From positions 7,941,412 through 8,005,411 of the forward strand of contig MU054212.1 of NCBI GenBank assembly GCA_013239625.1: a stretch of DNA of 64,000 bases, written 5' to 3'. The translations under genes were made by a program, and so were the position numbers. Origin of the DNA: Lama guanicoe (Eukaryota). Below the pieces are notes generated by a model. It was not told the DNA's origin and did no database searches. It saw only the letters and a program-made list of their open reading frames with translations. Numbering within the stretch: the first letter of the stretch is position 1; every line of letters starts with the position of its first letter. Shown here in pieces: positions 38,246 through 50,435 of the stretch.

Positions 38246-39051
38246 GTAGGAAAAAACTTGTTTAAGGAAGTGTCCCTCCGTGGTTGCTGTCCTGTGTGTC
38301 ACTCCAAGTCACCACTTAGACACATTATTCTTCATGATTACCTGGAATGTATCTTCTAGCTCATGGCAAAGGAGCTCGGAGTCAGTACCTAAACTCAACA
38401 ATCCAGATGATAATAATAGGTGATGTTTCCTGAGCACGAGCCGGGCACCACGCTAAATTCTTTACTTGCATTGTCTAATTTAATCCTCACAACAACCCTG
38501 TACCCTCGATATTATTATTATCGCCACACTATCAAAAGGGCTGAATTATCGCTCAGCCTCACCTGAAACGCAAGTCTGGCCTGCACCAAGCTTCACCAGT
38601 GTTCAGCAAAGGAGACAAGAAAGGAACCACAGCACATGCCACATGCAGTCTGGGAGGCCCTAAATCGTCCACTAAACTGGGGTTCAGAGCGACGTGTTTT
38701 AGCTGGGAGTGGTCCAAGTTAGCCAAGGGAAGCCGCTTCGTTTGGAGGGATCTCCGTGTTTACATCTCTCCAGTTACATGGAAAGTCTCTGTGTCTAGAG
38801 CTGTTCTCCAGCACAGCACAGTGGAGGTGTGTAAATCCATAAGTTGAAGATTTGTTTACAGTTTTTAAAAAATCCAGCCTAACCAAGTATGTCCTCTAAA
38901 GGGATCCCTTGTATAAGAAGTCAGGGCTAGCGGCCACTGAAAAACTGAATTTATTGTCCAGCTGGTAAACCTCATCTACCTGTTTACTTGGTGATCTAAG
39001 AGGTCCAGAGTGCCTCCAGCACCCTTGCTGGTCATGGACTTATGTAGAATT

Positions 39052-39327
39052 ATAAATGGATCTGTACAGTCCAGAAGAGAAAGGAGACTCAGATACAGTG
39101 AGTATCAAACTCTACTCCTGGGGCATCTCACCCAGGAAAAATAATATATATTTATTAATATATATATAAATAATATATATATTTATTATATATATTATTA
39201 TATATATTATATATATATATGATATATATATATCAAATAAATAAATGGATCTGTACAGTCCAGAAGAGAAAGGAGGCTCAGATACAGTGAGTATCAAACT
39301 CTACTCCTGGGGCATCTCACCCAGGAA
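39052..39327. repeat. 87-bp direct duplication flanking a 102-nt (TA)-rich filler
   Basis: copies at 39052-39138 and 39241-39327 differ at one base (ggagactc/ggaggctc). Confidence 0.93.
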
Positions 39328-39347
39328 GCCTTTCTGACCCTTCATAA

Positions 39348-40684
39348 TGTTAACCAAACTAATCAATAAACAATCAATAATAAGAATAGAAAAGAATTCA
39401 CAGAATGGCCATCATTCAAAAATCCATAAATGGCAAATGCTGGAGAGGCTGTGGAGAGAGGGGAACCCTCCTACACTGCTGGTGGGAATGCAGTTTGGTG
39501 CAGCCACTGTGGAAAACAGTATGGAGAGTCCTCAAAAGACTAGGAATAGACTTACCATATGACCCAGGAATCCCGCTCCTGGGCATATACCCAGAAGGAC
39601 CCCTACTTCAGGATGACACCTGCACCCTAATGTTCATAGCAGCATTATTTACAATAGCCAAGACATGGAGACAGCCTAAATGTCCATCAACGGATGACTG
39701 GATAAAGAAGATGTGGTATATTTATACAATGGAATACTACTCAGCCATAAAAACCGACAACATAACGCCGTTTGCAGCAATGTGGATGCTCCTGGAGAAT
39801 GTCATTCTAAGTGAAGTAAGCCAGAAAGAGAAAGAAAAATACCATATGAGATTGCTCATATGTGGAATCTAAAAAAAACAAAAAACAAAAAAACAAAAAA
39901 CAAAGCATAAATACAAAACAGAAATAGACTTACAGACATGGAATACAAATTTGTGGTTGCCAAGGGGGCGGGGGGTGGGAAGAGATAGACTGGGACTTCA
40001 AAACTGTAGAATAGATAAACAAGATTACACTGTATAGCACAGGGAAATATATACAAGATCTTACGGAAGCTCACAGAGAAAAAAAAATGTGACAATGAGT
40101 ATATATATGTTCATATATAACTGAAAAATTGTGCTCTACACTGGAATTTGACACAACATTGTAAAATGATTATGAATCAATAAAAAATGTTAAAAAAAAA
40201 AGAATAGAAAAGAATTTTATTTGAGCCAAACTGGGGACTAGCCTGAAGCCCAATTCCCAAATGACCATGGGAAACTGCTCTGGAGAAGCAGGGTTTCCAG
40301 CACAGTTTTATATCTTGTCAGAACAAAGAGTATTAGACAAGTGAGGGATACATTACTTCAAGGTTTAGGGGGAAGAGACCAGCATGTACACATACAGCAC
40401 ATACGCTGTGGCCCTGGTGCCTTGGCGCCTGGGAAGGGAGTTTTATCATCAAAGGAGGACCAGCGTTGGCGTCCCAGGAAGAGGGGCATTTAATCTTCAT
40501 TTTGAACATGGACATTCTTTACTTCTGGTCAATGTGCCCTTTTCTTTAATAATTAAAGCCGACGTATCATGTATGTTTGATAGGCCACAAACAGGCTGTT
40601 CTAGTTAGCATCCAATTCAAGTGAACTCATATATGAGCCAGAATGACTCCCCTCTATCTCAATATGTGAACATTGCTTTTATCA
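39348..40684 (-). mobile_element. solo LTR split by a younger L1
   Basis: TG (39348)...CA (40684); minus-strand poly(A) signal context aagaattttatttgagcca; sequence continuous across the L1 TSD. Confidence 0.6.
39399..40199 (+). mobile_element. young 5'-truncated L1 (ORF2 C-terminus, 3' UTR, poly(A))
   Basis: open ORF2 tail 39405..39872 ([18 protein letters not shown]...WIKKMWYIYTMEYYSA); 17-bp TSD aagaatagaaaagaatt at 39382-39398 and 40200-40216. Confidence 0.95.
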
Positions 40685-42482
40685 CCACGCCCCCACCGCC
40701 AGGTTGACTCAGGTGCCTGATGGCTGCCCCCACCTGCAGCACCTTCCTCTTTAGCCTCCCTTTCGAGTTGGTGCCATCAGAATGGATCCATTCACCTAAG
40801 CCTCCTGCAATACAACTTCTTCACCCAGAACGTATCAACAATCACCAAGGCCTACCGATTTCACCTTCTAAAAGTTTCTCAGGTCTCTTTCCTCATCGTC
40901 AGCTATTGCCTGGCCTGTGGCATTAAACCCCAAACTGCCCTCTCTGCCCCTGGATTTGTTTGCACATTTGTTGATTTGGGGTGGAACATTGTCAGATCCT
41001 CAGGAAATATACTGATACCTCAGAAAAAAAAAAACCAGCTGGAATGATAGGACTGTTTAAATTTAATAGGATCTCTATATTCAAAAAGAATTATATACGA
41101 TGTTGCCATCGCTCAAAATTCCTTTTGAAATATCCTGTAGACTGTCCCATTATATAACCTGTTATGTATCCTCAGTGATGAGAAATGTATTTATATTGGA
41201 ATCATAGGAGCATTATTTGACTTCTAGGAGTGATTTTTAGCCAGTATGATGAATGGTCAAAATGGGTAAAATCATATGAAGTACAAAAAGAGACAACACA
41301 CAAAAAAATAATTAGACTAGTTTATTTTTGTGCTTCATAAACTGGCTATAACAGCAGTTTGAATGATGAAATTCCTGAGTTGTTTTAATTGCTTCATTGG
41401 AAAGCCACCCCAAGTGGTTGTGTTGAGAGACAGTACCATTTTAGATACATGAATTATAGTAGCTTTTAAAAAAATACAGTCTCATTACTTATACTTTACA
41501 TAATTTTTCTTAATAATAATGTTCATCACAACCTGGTTAAAAAAGCTTAAGTTATTTAGTATTATGAAATAAGGCTAAAATTGTAAATATCTACTGATAA
41601 AAAAAAACTAATAAAAGGGTACCAAAACAGTTGTTTTGTGAATTAAAAGGACTAGTGTAAGGTTTAAGCCTTAAAAAGGTACTGTAGCCCTTCAGGACTG
41701 ATTTCTTATCTAAAAATAAAAACTGTCCCACCCACCTTGATATTCTAATTCACAATTTTAAACAAAATAGTGATTTTTGCATGTAAATTTTTGTCATTCA
41801 TACTGTTACAATATCATGTATTAATATAACTTATTTTTGTCATTTTGGAAGAAACTTATAGATAAAATACATTTCATCTCTACATCAGAAAAGACCAGGA
41901 TACTGACACAGAAGCAGGTTGTGAGAAAAGATATATAAAGAAAGGAGAGAAGAAAATTTTTTAAAATTTAGACTGTTCTTTTCTAACAAGGAGGCATAGC
42001 TCCCTTTGAAGAGAATTCACTCCTAATCTTGTGCAGCAGAACCAGTCACATTAACCACAAAATATTTAGTCCTTGTGGAAGTTTGAGAGGGACACTGTTC
42101 TACACATTTAGAGGACCGACTGATACGGGAATTGTACTGTGTGCTGTGATGCACTGTGGGGTAAAATTTCATGGAGAATATCCACTCTCCATCCTTCCTC
42201 ACCATTTTCATACTGTCCCTCCTGTACGAAATGGTCCTTTCAGAATTGTTTCTCTCCTTATGATAGCATCAACTCAGCCTCAGTGGAGAAAATCCAGTCC
42301 TATGTATACTTAACATATAAAAAAGCAATTAATGTTTTAAATTTGGAACTAGTGTCAAGCTCTTTTTTTTATGTAGGGGAGGTTAGTTGAATGTCTTGTT
42401 TCTTCTATCTCGAATGATACCTATGTAGCAGGTAAAGGAAGATTATTCTCTGTTCTAAATTTTTATGGGTTTTTTGATGCAG

Positions 42483-42588
42483 AAAAAAGTCACCTTAAAC
42501 GGTTTCTTGGACACGCTCATGTCAGATCCTCCCCCGCAGTGTCTGGTCTGGCTGCCCCTTCTGCATCGACTGGCAAATGTTGAAAATG
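42483..42588 (+). CDS. DTNA: DTNA exon (106 nt; [35 protein letters not shown](V))
   Basis: gatgcag|AAAAAAGTC...AATG|gtgagt; the WLPLLHRLA motif is characteristic of dystrophin/dystrobrevin. Confidence 0.97.
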
Positions 42589-43509
42589 GTGAGTAGTCAC
42601 TGCTGAGCTAAGGTGGTTTTTTTAATTATTAAAATTAGGCCATCAAGTCTATAGTTATTAAGCCAAGGTCACTGCTTTAGTGAAGGCTATTTAGTAGTTT
42701 GGAGTTTTAATAGAACTGAACTCCCTTCCTGGTCAGTATAGCCTTATAGGTGCACTGCAAAATTAGGACTGTCTGTCCTAAAAACGTATTAAATCTCACA
42801 GTCTCCCTCTCAGTTACACATCCAGTGTGGCTTAAAGACTTGCTATAACAGAAGGAGAATCTCAATAAGAAATGTTTTAGGTATGAACATCCAGCATTGG
42901 TATATCTGGCATTGACTGTTTCTTCCTAGGCACTCGACCAAGAATAGATGGAGTAGTTGGAAAAAAACTGAGTGGTAGCACCTCGCTAATCTTTAGTTAT
43001 ATGCTCCAAATTGTAAGCTTTCAATGGTTGTAGTTATGTAAAAGAATGAGTAATGTAACTTCTGTAATGTGCTTTTTTAAAATAAAGGTAAGTATTTCTG
43101 TGATAAAAGTTGTTACCAATGGCATATCCAAACTTACATATGAAATACAGTTCAGAACCCGATTTAAAGAAATTGAAACATGTAATAATTCAGTGCCTCC
43201 ATCTGATCTTTAGATGTTCTTATTTATTGTTTAACTCTGGAAATTCTCCAGCCTATAATTTATCCCGTGTCTCTTACTAGAATCTTAACTTCTGCACATT
43301 TCTTTAATAGACATTGGGGTCAAAGTTAGCCTAATTTTAAATCCCCGTTTAGAACATTTGGCATCTGCCCTAATCTGCCTCTCTGAAAGTTATAAATTTA
43401 TTCTGTTCTGCTCATGGAGAAGATTTAAAGAATGAACTTACTAGTTTCTCTGTAAGCACTACCAGAACAAATTTTTTTTAAAAGATTCAGTTTTTTCAAA
43501 TCTTATTAC

Positions 43510-43651
43510 TTTTTTGTTTTGTGGGGCTTTTTTGGCAGAGGGGGCATTAGATTTATTTTTTATTTATTTATTTTAATGGAGGTACTGGGGATTGAACCCA
43601 GGACCTTGTGCACGCTAAGCACGCGCTCTACCACTGAGCTATGCCCTCCCC
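43510..43651 (-). mobile_element. Vic-1-type SINE
   Basis: ggaggtactggggattgaacccagg...gcgctctaccactgagctatgccctcccc. Confidence 0.85.
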
Positions 43652-44029
43652 ACCATAGTTTTTTTGTTTGTTTGTTTTTTGGGTTTTTTTAATGCTTCTT
43701 ATTCATCTATAAGGGCAAAGAGCAATCCAGGTCCAGATCATGCAGGATGAGTTCATATTACTGTTCGCAGTTCGAGGGCTAGTCATTTTCCAATTATAAA
43801 GTAGTCATTTCATTCCTTCTCTCTCAGTATTTCCTGTTGCAGGAAATGAGTTCCTTAGGCCCTGTCCCAGAGCAGCTGTCCCTAGACTCAGGTCTCACTT
43901 CAGCCTGTCTCGGGAGCCAGAAAAGGAAGCTACGATGCTGGTTCAGAAGAGTATTCAGATCTGGTTATGTCTTTGTTTTCACAATTGACTTTTCATCTTT
44001 TGGGGAGGAAGAATTAATTTTTTTATTTT

Positions 44030-44265
44030 TTAACATCTTTTTAAAATTTTTTATTGAGGTGTAGTTGATTTACAATGTTAGTTTCCGGTGTACAGCAAAG
44101 CGATTCAGTTATACATATACATACATATTTTTGGATTCTTTTCCATTATATGTTATTACAAGAAATTGAGTATAGTTCCCTGTCCCATACAGTAGGTCCT
44201 TGTTGTTTATCTATTTTTTATATAATAATGTGTATCTGTTACTCCCTAACTCCTAATTCATCCCT
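44030..44265 (-). mobile_element. L1 3' UTR fragment
   Basis: tttattgaggtgtagttgatttacaatgttagtt...cagtaggtccttgttg. Confidence 0.8.
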
Positions 44266-45028
44266 CTCCTGCGGGTACTTTTCGTCTTTATTTATTTTTA
44301 TTTGCATTTCTCTACCTGGTTGGTTAGCCTGAAAAGAACTTAACTAAAGGCAAGAATGGCCCTTCTTGTTGCTGGTGCCTTTAAGCTCAGAGCATGCAGC
44401 CAATTGGATCTGACCATTGGTTACCTTCAAATCTCAAATATTTCACCTTGCCCACTTTATCATTCAAATTTCCAGCCAAAGACAGTTAAGTATCTCTTGA
44501 ACTGTCTGAATTAGAACTGTATTCAGATAATTTACTCATCCCTTTGGGCCCCAATCCATCTGCCTCTCAGGAAATTAAAAAAAAAATCTGTTAAACAAGT
44601 CACTGTCACTCATTAACGAAGCCCACTAGCTACTTCGTTGTTTAAAAAGTAACTCAATACTCTCTCCAGTTTTTCTGTTCTCCTTCCACTTCCCTGTCCT
44701 TGTTTTCCATTTCTCTAATGTTTGCGCCCCACCCACCGGACAGTCAGCTGCGTTCATCCTTTGTGCTGCTCAGTCTTCAGTGAGCTGTGCGGGTCTCCTG
44801 GAGACAGAGGGTAGTTTGGGGGAAAGGCGAGCCAGTTTGGGTAATTTATATTCTTGGAGTGGAAGAGATGCGAGTCCAAAGAGCAGACAGCCTTCCACAG
44901 ATTTGTTGCTCAGGAACCCCCGTCCTCCATCTCATTTCACTTCTTCCACCCCCACGCTCATGCTTGAAGAGGGTAGTGAACGTCTTGGAATAAACCTAAT
45001 GCTTCTCTCGCCAGAACTGACCATCATC

Positions 45029-45036
45029 TGACGTCA
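45029..45036. promoter_or_regulatory. perfect palindromic CRE/ATF site (candidate internal promoter element)
   Basis: TGACGTCA about 95 bp upstream of the ZZ exon in CpG-retaining sequence; function inferred. Confidence 0.4.
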
Positions 45037-45130
45037 CGGCGCACAGCAGAAGAATGCAGTTCCCGCTGGGCTGTGTGTCTGGCTCACACCTCTGTGTCTT
45101 TTTGTCTTTTCTTGTTTCCTCCCCGCTCAG

Positions 45131-45297
45131 TCTTCCATCCGGTCGAGTGTTCCTACTGCCACAGTGAGAGCATGATGGGGTTTCGCTACCGATGCCAGCA
45201 GTGCCACAATTACCAGCTCTGCCAGGACTGCTTCTGGAGGGGGCACGCCGGCGGTTCCCATAGCAACCAGCACCAAATGAAAGAGTACACATCCTGG
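45131..45297 (+). CDS. DTNA: DTNA ZZ zinc-finger exon (167 nt; [55 protein letters not shown])
   Basis: cgctcag|TCTTCC...TCCTGG|gtaagg; three CxxC pairs plus His ligands intact; inside ORF 45073..45471. Confidence 0.98.
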
Positions 45298-47689
45298 GTA
45301 AGGCGAAGTCTGGGCAATGCTTCCGGCTGGATGTGTGCGTGTTGTGCAGAACGCAAGGGATTCTCAAGGATGGTGACAGAATCAGGGGGCAAACTTACCT
45401 TCTTCTCCAAAATTCCTTCCTTTCCCCTTCCGCTCCCCATCTTACTGGGACCCCTCACTTATTGTGTCTGAACTGGTGTAGCTTCCTGACTTCAAATATC
45501 GGAAGACTCAAACTATATCACTTCTTGGAATACAGATAATTCAGTATTGATTTAGGTTAGCAACCAAATAGCAAGCACCCTCTGGAACATAATCTCATTT
45601 TCACAGTAAGTTAAGATTCTTTTCAAGTTTGGGGGATTTTTGTGTGTGTATGTGGGAATTGGCTAAAAATTTTCATTAGTTCCTTTTCTCTGAGCTTCTG
45701 GAATTTTCTTAAGTGCACAGAACACTCAGGAAAGACGTGTGAACGTATGGGCTTCACAAGTCTGTTCCATTTTAATTTTTTGGAAAAGGGGGAGATTGTG
45801 GTTATATTAGAAAATCATCTTTTCATGAATAGTGCAAGTGACTAACTTTCTGAAGGTGACCTGTGAGAGTGACTTGCTAAAGGTGACTTGTCCATGTGAT
45901 GAATGTGTTTTCAGGAACACAGGGCACTGGGTCTGTGGGAGGAGTTTGACTCAGTGAGCTTGCTGTTCAAGTGGTTTACAGTTTGCTGAACCCCATCTCA
46001 GTTAAACTCAGAGCAGATCCAGTGATGTTGTTCTCATGCTTCTGTGAGTGTACTGCTCTCTACACAGACTGGTTTTTGTGGGATGTGCTGTGAGTCCTGC
46101 CAACCCCTCAGAATAGTTCTATCACAAGAAAACGCAAACTTTTTAAAGAGTGTTTTTTTCTATATTTTAATGTATTTCAAATCAACCTATAGTCATTACT
46201 TAAAGAGTAGCTTGTCTTATTTTTAAAAAAAAAAGGTTTTCAGAATACACATTTCAAATCAGAATGTTCTTTCTAGGAATTATCTTTGGAAACTGGCATT
46301 CAGTGTAAATATATTAATGGTTTAGCACATGTCAGATTCTGAGTTCAAGTAAGAGTTCTTCACTAAGACTTTGTATACTGAGGGCTTGAAACCAGTTCAA
46401 ATGCCACCTGTCACTGCTGACTTCATCATATGCTGAGAACAGATATACTAATACAGATGATGAAATACAATTTAGCAGAGAAGGTAGGGGAAAATACTAT
46501 TTTCTTATTGTCGGTGTAGGACCAGTTTTCAGGTATGACCTGTCCCAAATTCTAGAGGGTTGGTGTTTAAGGACTAATTGTTTTTCACTGTTATTTTATG
46601 TAAATGCTGAAGTCAGATAAGAAGCCTTTTTCTTAGAAGTTGTAGACTCAGCAATTATATGGCAGGACAGTTTCTTTACAAAGTAGGATCAGACCACTCG
46701 AGAGAACCAAGGAGCCCCAATGTTTATGGGGTGAAGAGCTGCTGTTTTAAGTGTTCTAAGAATTACATCTCCTGGGGAAATTCAAAGCGGGACTTCTTTT
46801 CATTATTTAAAGTAGCTTTTAAATAATGAGGACAAAAGTCACTTCATTATAATGTCAATTATGGACTCTGTGTGTTCAAAAAATGACAAAATTATAAATC
46901 ACTTCTCCTGGAAAGGAAAAATTGGGGTAGAGATTTCTTATATGTGGAAGACTGTTTTTGATAATCTTGGCTGTGAGATATTAAGATAAACATTCGCTAG
47001 TCTGAATGAAAAAGAGGTAGCGTGATGCTCTGGGAAGAACGTGAACTTGACATTCTGAAGACTCAGACTGTTCCACTGGCTCGTCCATCTGGCTGTATCC
47101 AGCCACACCCGAAACATCTTGCACCTGGATTCCTGCAGAATCTCCTGTTCGGCTCCTTCCTTCCACTCCCATCCCCTCTCAGACCATTTTCTGATCTTAA
47201 GCAGAAGCAGTCAGTCAGGTCTGATCCTGTCACCTCTGAGATTTAAATCCTTCATTGTCTCCCTCTGCTTTTGGGGCAAAGACCACAGTCCTTCCTGGAT
47301 GCCGTGTATAAAACTTTAATGATCTGCCTCCTGCTCTCCTGTCTAGAGCAGCGTCTCCTGTTCTTCCTCTGTCTGGAATGACCTTCCCAGTTGCCTGAGT
47401 TTTTGTCCAAAGGACCCCTGCTGTTGCTTAAGTCCAGCTCATAGGTCCTGTGCACAAGGACTGCTTCATTTTTCACAGCCTTTGCTGCCAGTAAGCAGCC
47501 CCAGGCAGGAACCCTGGTGGCTTATTCTGAGCATCTTATTCCCAGCCATGAGCAAACTCCCTGACTTAGACACTCAAAGAAGATTCCTTGAATGATGAAT
47601 GAATGAATATCTACTATAAAGCAAATCATCTGAGAAAATGTTCCATAGATGTCGACTGTTATCCCTTCTGCTTTTCTTCTCCCTTCCAG

Positions 47690-47814
47690 AAATCCCCCGC
47701 TAAGAAGCTAACTAATGCATTAAGCAAATCTCTGAGCTGTGCTTCCAGCCGTGAACCCTTGCACCCCATGTTCCCCGACCAGCCTGAGAAGCCGCTCAAC
47801 TTGGCCCACATCGT
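47690..47814 (+). CDS. DTNA: DTNA exon (125 nt; [41 protein letters not shown](V))
   Basis: cttccag|AAATCC...ATCGT|gtgagt; inside ORF 47603..47818. Confidence 0.97.
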
Positions 47815-48683
47815 GTGAGTATCCCTGCCCTCCAGACCAAGACACGTCTCTCCTCATTGACACCCAGGCAGATCCATACAAAGACAGTTGATTTCATATC
47901 CACCGTCCAGGGCCAAGTTTTAAATTTTCTTTTCTTTAAAAAAGGGTGAAAGTCATGTTATGATAACTTTTTTCTTGGAGGAATATACCATACTTTTGTC
48001 CAATTGTACAAGTATGCAGCGCTCTTGTCATTCACCTTGAAGTGGAAAATATTCAAAAAGCTTAATTATAAAATAGGATGTTAGTGGAGTTCGCACAATG
48101 GGATGTTAATAATCAATGGAATTACTGTAGTAAGGAATTTTAAGGTACACTGTACCCTAGTATCATACGTGCTTTGAGCCCCAAATATAGAAGCCCCTTG
48201 TTTCCTTTCTCTGCCGAGCCAGTGATCTTGGAGACACCAGCAAACCTGGAAATTGTGGCTGCAGTTGAATCCCAAGCTACTGGAATGGTGGCCTGGGCGG
48301 GGGAAGGTTGAAGAGGGGGATTGGTGGGGACATTCATCAGACGATCTAAAAACAGACTTAGGAAAAAAAAATTCTCCGAAGTACGCGTGAGGTTGGGGAG
48401 CAGAGGAAATTGGGCCAAGGAACGGTGTACCCCTTCCTCCTCCTAAATGCCTCTCTCAGGTCTGGGGGGCCCGGAAAACAGAGGAGGCTTAGGTAGAAGC
48501 AAGCATCTTTCCCTTGGTGTTATCTTGGGCTCAAAAGAAGAAAGAAGCTCATTACCTGTTTCGAGGCCCAGTTAGGAATTACGTAGCCGCAGGGCCCCCT
48601 CCTTCTGTGCCGCCTCTCTGCACAGCTCAGCACGACTTCCCGCACTGCTGGGGCTGTGTTTGCCTGTTGGCATCAAGGTCAGA

Positions 48684-48936
48684 CCTACTAGATACTGAAT
48701 AAAGTTCCCTGTGCTGTACACTATGAACTTGTTTGTACTTAACATCTTGTAATAACTGATGGTAGGAAAGACTATGAAAACGAGTATATGTGTGTTCATG
48801 TAGGACTGAAGCATTGTGCTCAACACCAGAAACTGACACAACATTGTAAACTGACTATAAAAATATAATAATAAAAATATAGAGATAAAAATAAAATACA
48901 GAGATAAAAATAAAAATATAGAGATTAAAAAAAAAA
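48684..48936 (+). mobile_element. short L1 3' end with an inverted 5' segment and a patterned A-tail
   Basis: about 48684-48742 is reverse-complement L1 3' UTR (ttccctgtgctgtac); the rest is forward 3' UTR; tail carries aaaatayagagat repeats. Confidence 0.7.
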
Positions 48937-50426
48937 GTTGACGTACTGACATCAGGAACCCACCAATGTGAGGGTCACACTTCCGGCAGATGAGAGCATG
49001 ACCCGTTCGAGGCACTGGGCTGGATCTCAGCGACTTGTGAAAGTGGTAACTCTCCTTTGAGGGACCCGAACAGAGCCCATCGAAGGACCATGCTGCAGCG
49101 TGTCTGTGGACTTTATATAAATCCTTCGGGGCTTTGTTTGGTTTGCTCCTGGTTAGGTTTTGAGGGTTGGTTGCTCTCAGCCATCTGCACATTCTGAAAG
49201 CGTCTGTCCCTGCCATGGGCTGAGCATCCAAAAACTGATGTAAGCTGATTCTGTAGAAGGTGGTTAAACTTATTTTTGGAAATTTTGCTCCCAAAAAAAA
49301 AAAAGCCTTAAAGTAAACCAAGGGTGCATACATCTGGGAAGTGACCCAAAGGACCAATCACTTGTGGAAAGTGACCTTATATGAGCTGTTCTTCTAAAGA
49401 CTTGACTTCCCTGCCCTGGCCAGGGAGAATCGCTAAGTTGTTTGTGAATGAACACGCGCTAAGTGAGAGTGAGTCTGTGCTCTCTGAGCTGTGCCGCCAA
49501 GTCCCTTTCTACCAGTCCCACTAGGGGATGCACCCCAAGGGAGCAGCTTTCAATCCGGGCTGGTGGACGTAAGGAAGATACAGAGAGGGTGGATGTGAAC
49601 AGCCTGGTTCTAAGAGCTTGGCAGCAGAACAGAATTAGGATGGAGTCTCCCACTTCGAGACAGAATCAGGAAGCGAGGCCACGTGGGGTCCAGTCAGCCC
49701 CACAGTCAGTCACACTGCAGCGCGGTGTCCAGTCAGCGCTCAGGATTGGGGTGTATGTGGGGGGGATGTGATTTAACTGGCCAATGAGTAAAAATGTCTT
49801 AACTTTAATTAATAGTGGCAATACGATCCGACGTGTTACTTGCTGAACTAAAGACAGTAGCTACACAAGTTGGATTCCATGGAGAGTTTCAGGATTCCCT
49901 TAAAATTCTACACAAATTGTACCTTTTTCTGAAAAAAAAAAAAAAACCTTCTATATATTTAACCAGATTCTTAAAATACTCCTTAAGTCAAGATACTGAT
50001 CTATACCCACTGATAATATATTTTTCCAGGGTGAACGTCTGAATTTTACAAGACAAATTGTACAAGATATTTAATTGTCAAAATAATATGCAAGGAACTC
50101 CAGATGCAGAATATTCAATCTATTATTAGAACTGGATTTTTGTTATTTTTAGCTTTAGACATTTTTCTATTTATTACTCAAGTGGTATTGCCCTGAACAG
50201 ATATTCACATCTCTCTCTTTTTTTTTTTTTTGTTTGATGGGGATATCTTAAACTTCTCATCTTAAAATATGCTGTTGGTTTAGCTATTCTAAATTATCCT
50301 GGGCACATAAAAGCCACTAACGTGGTGACATTTGGTATTTTGGCATTTGTTCTTGGCTATTGTATTACTTGTAAATGTTACCGTGATTAACTGTGTCTAT
50401 TCTATTTAATTTTTCGCTGCCAAAAG

Positions 50427-50435
50427 AGATACTTG
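50427..50435 (+). CDS. DTNA: DTNA 9-nt alternative microexon (adds DTW)
   Basis: ctgccaaaag|AGATACTTG|gtaagt; joining GT+A GAT ACT TG+G gives V-D-T-W-P, the known HIVDTWPPRP variant. Confidence 0.88.

Noticed and set aside
39405..39872. 155-aa ORF as a host gene
   Set aside because: It is the L1 ORF2 C-terminus within a TSD-flanked truncated L1
46800..46829. 12-bp AT-rich inverted repeat
   Set aside because: Low complexity and too short to suggest a miRNA or MITE
48572..49357. 261-aa minus-strand ORF
   Set aside because: It runs through an L1 tail and low-complexity repeat, has no recognisable domain, and is antisense within an intron
50120..50152. Two MEF2-like sites (CTATTATTAG, TTATTTTTAG)
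   Set aside because: AT-rich context makes chance matches likely; no independent support
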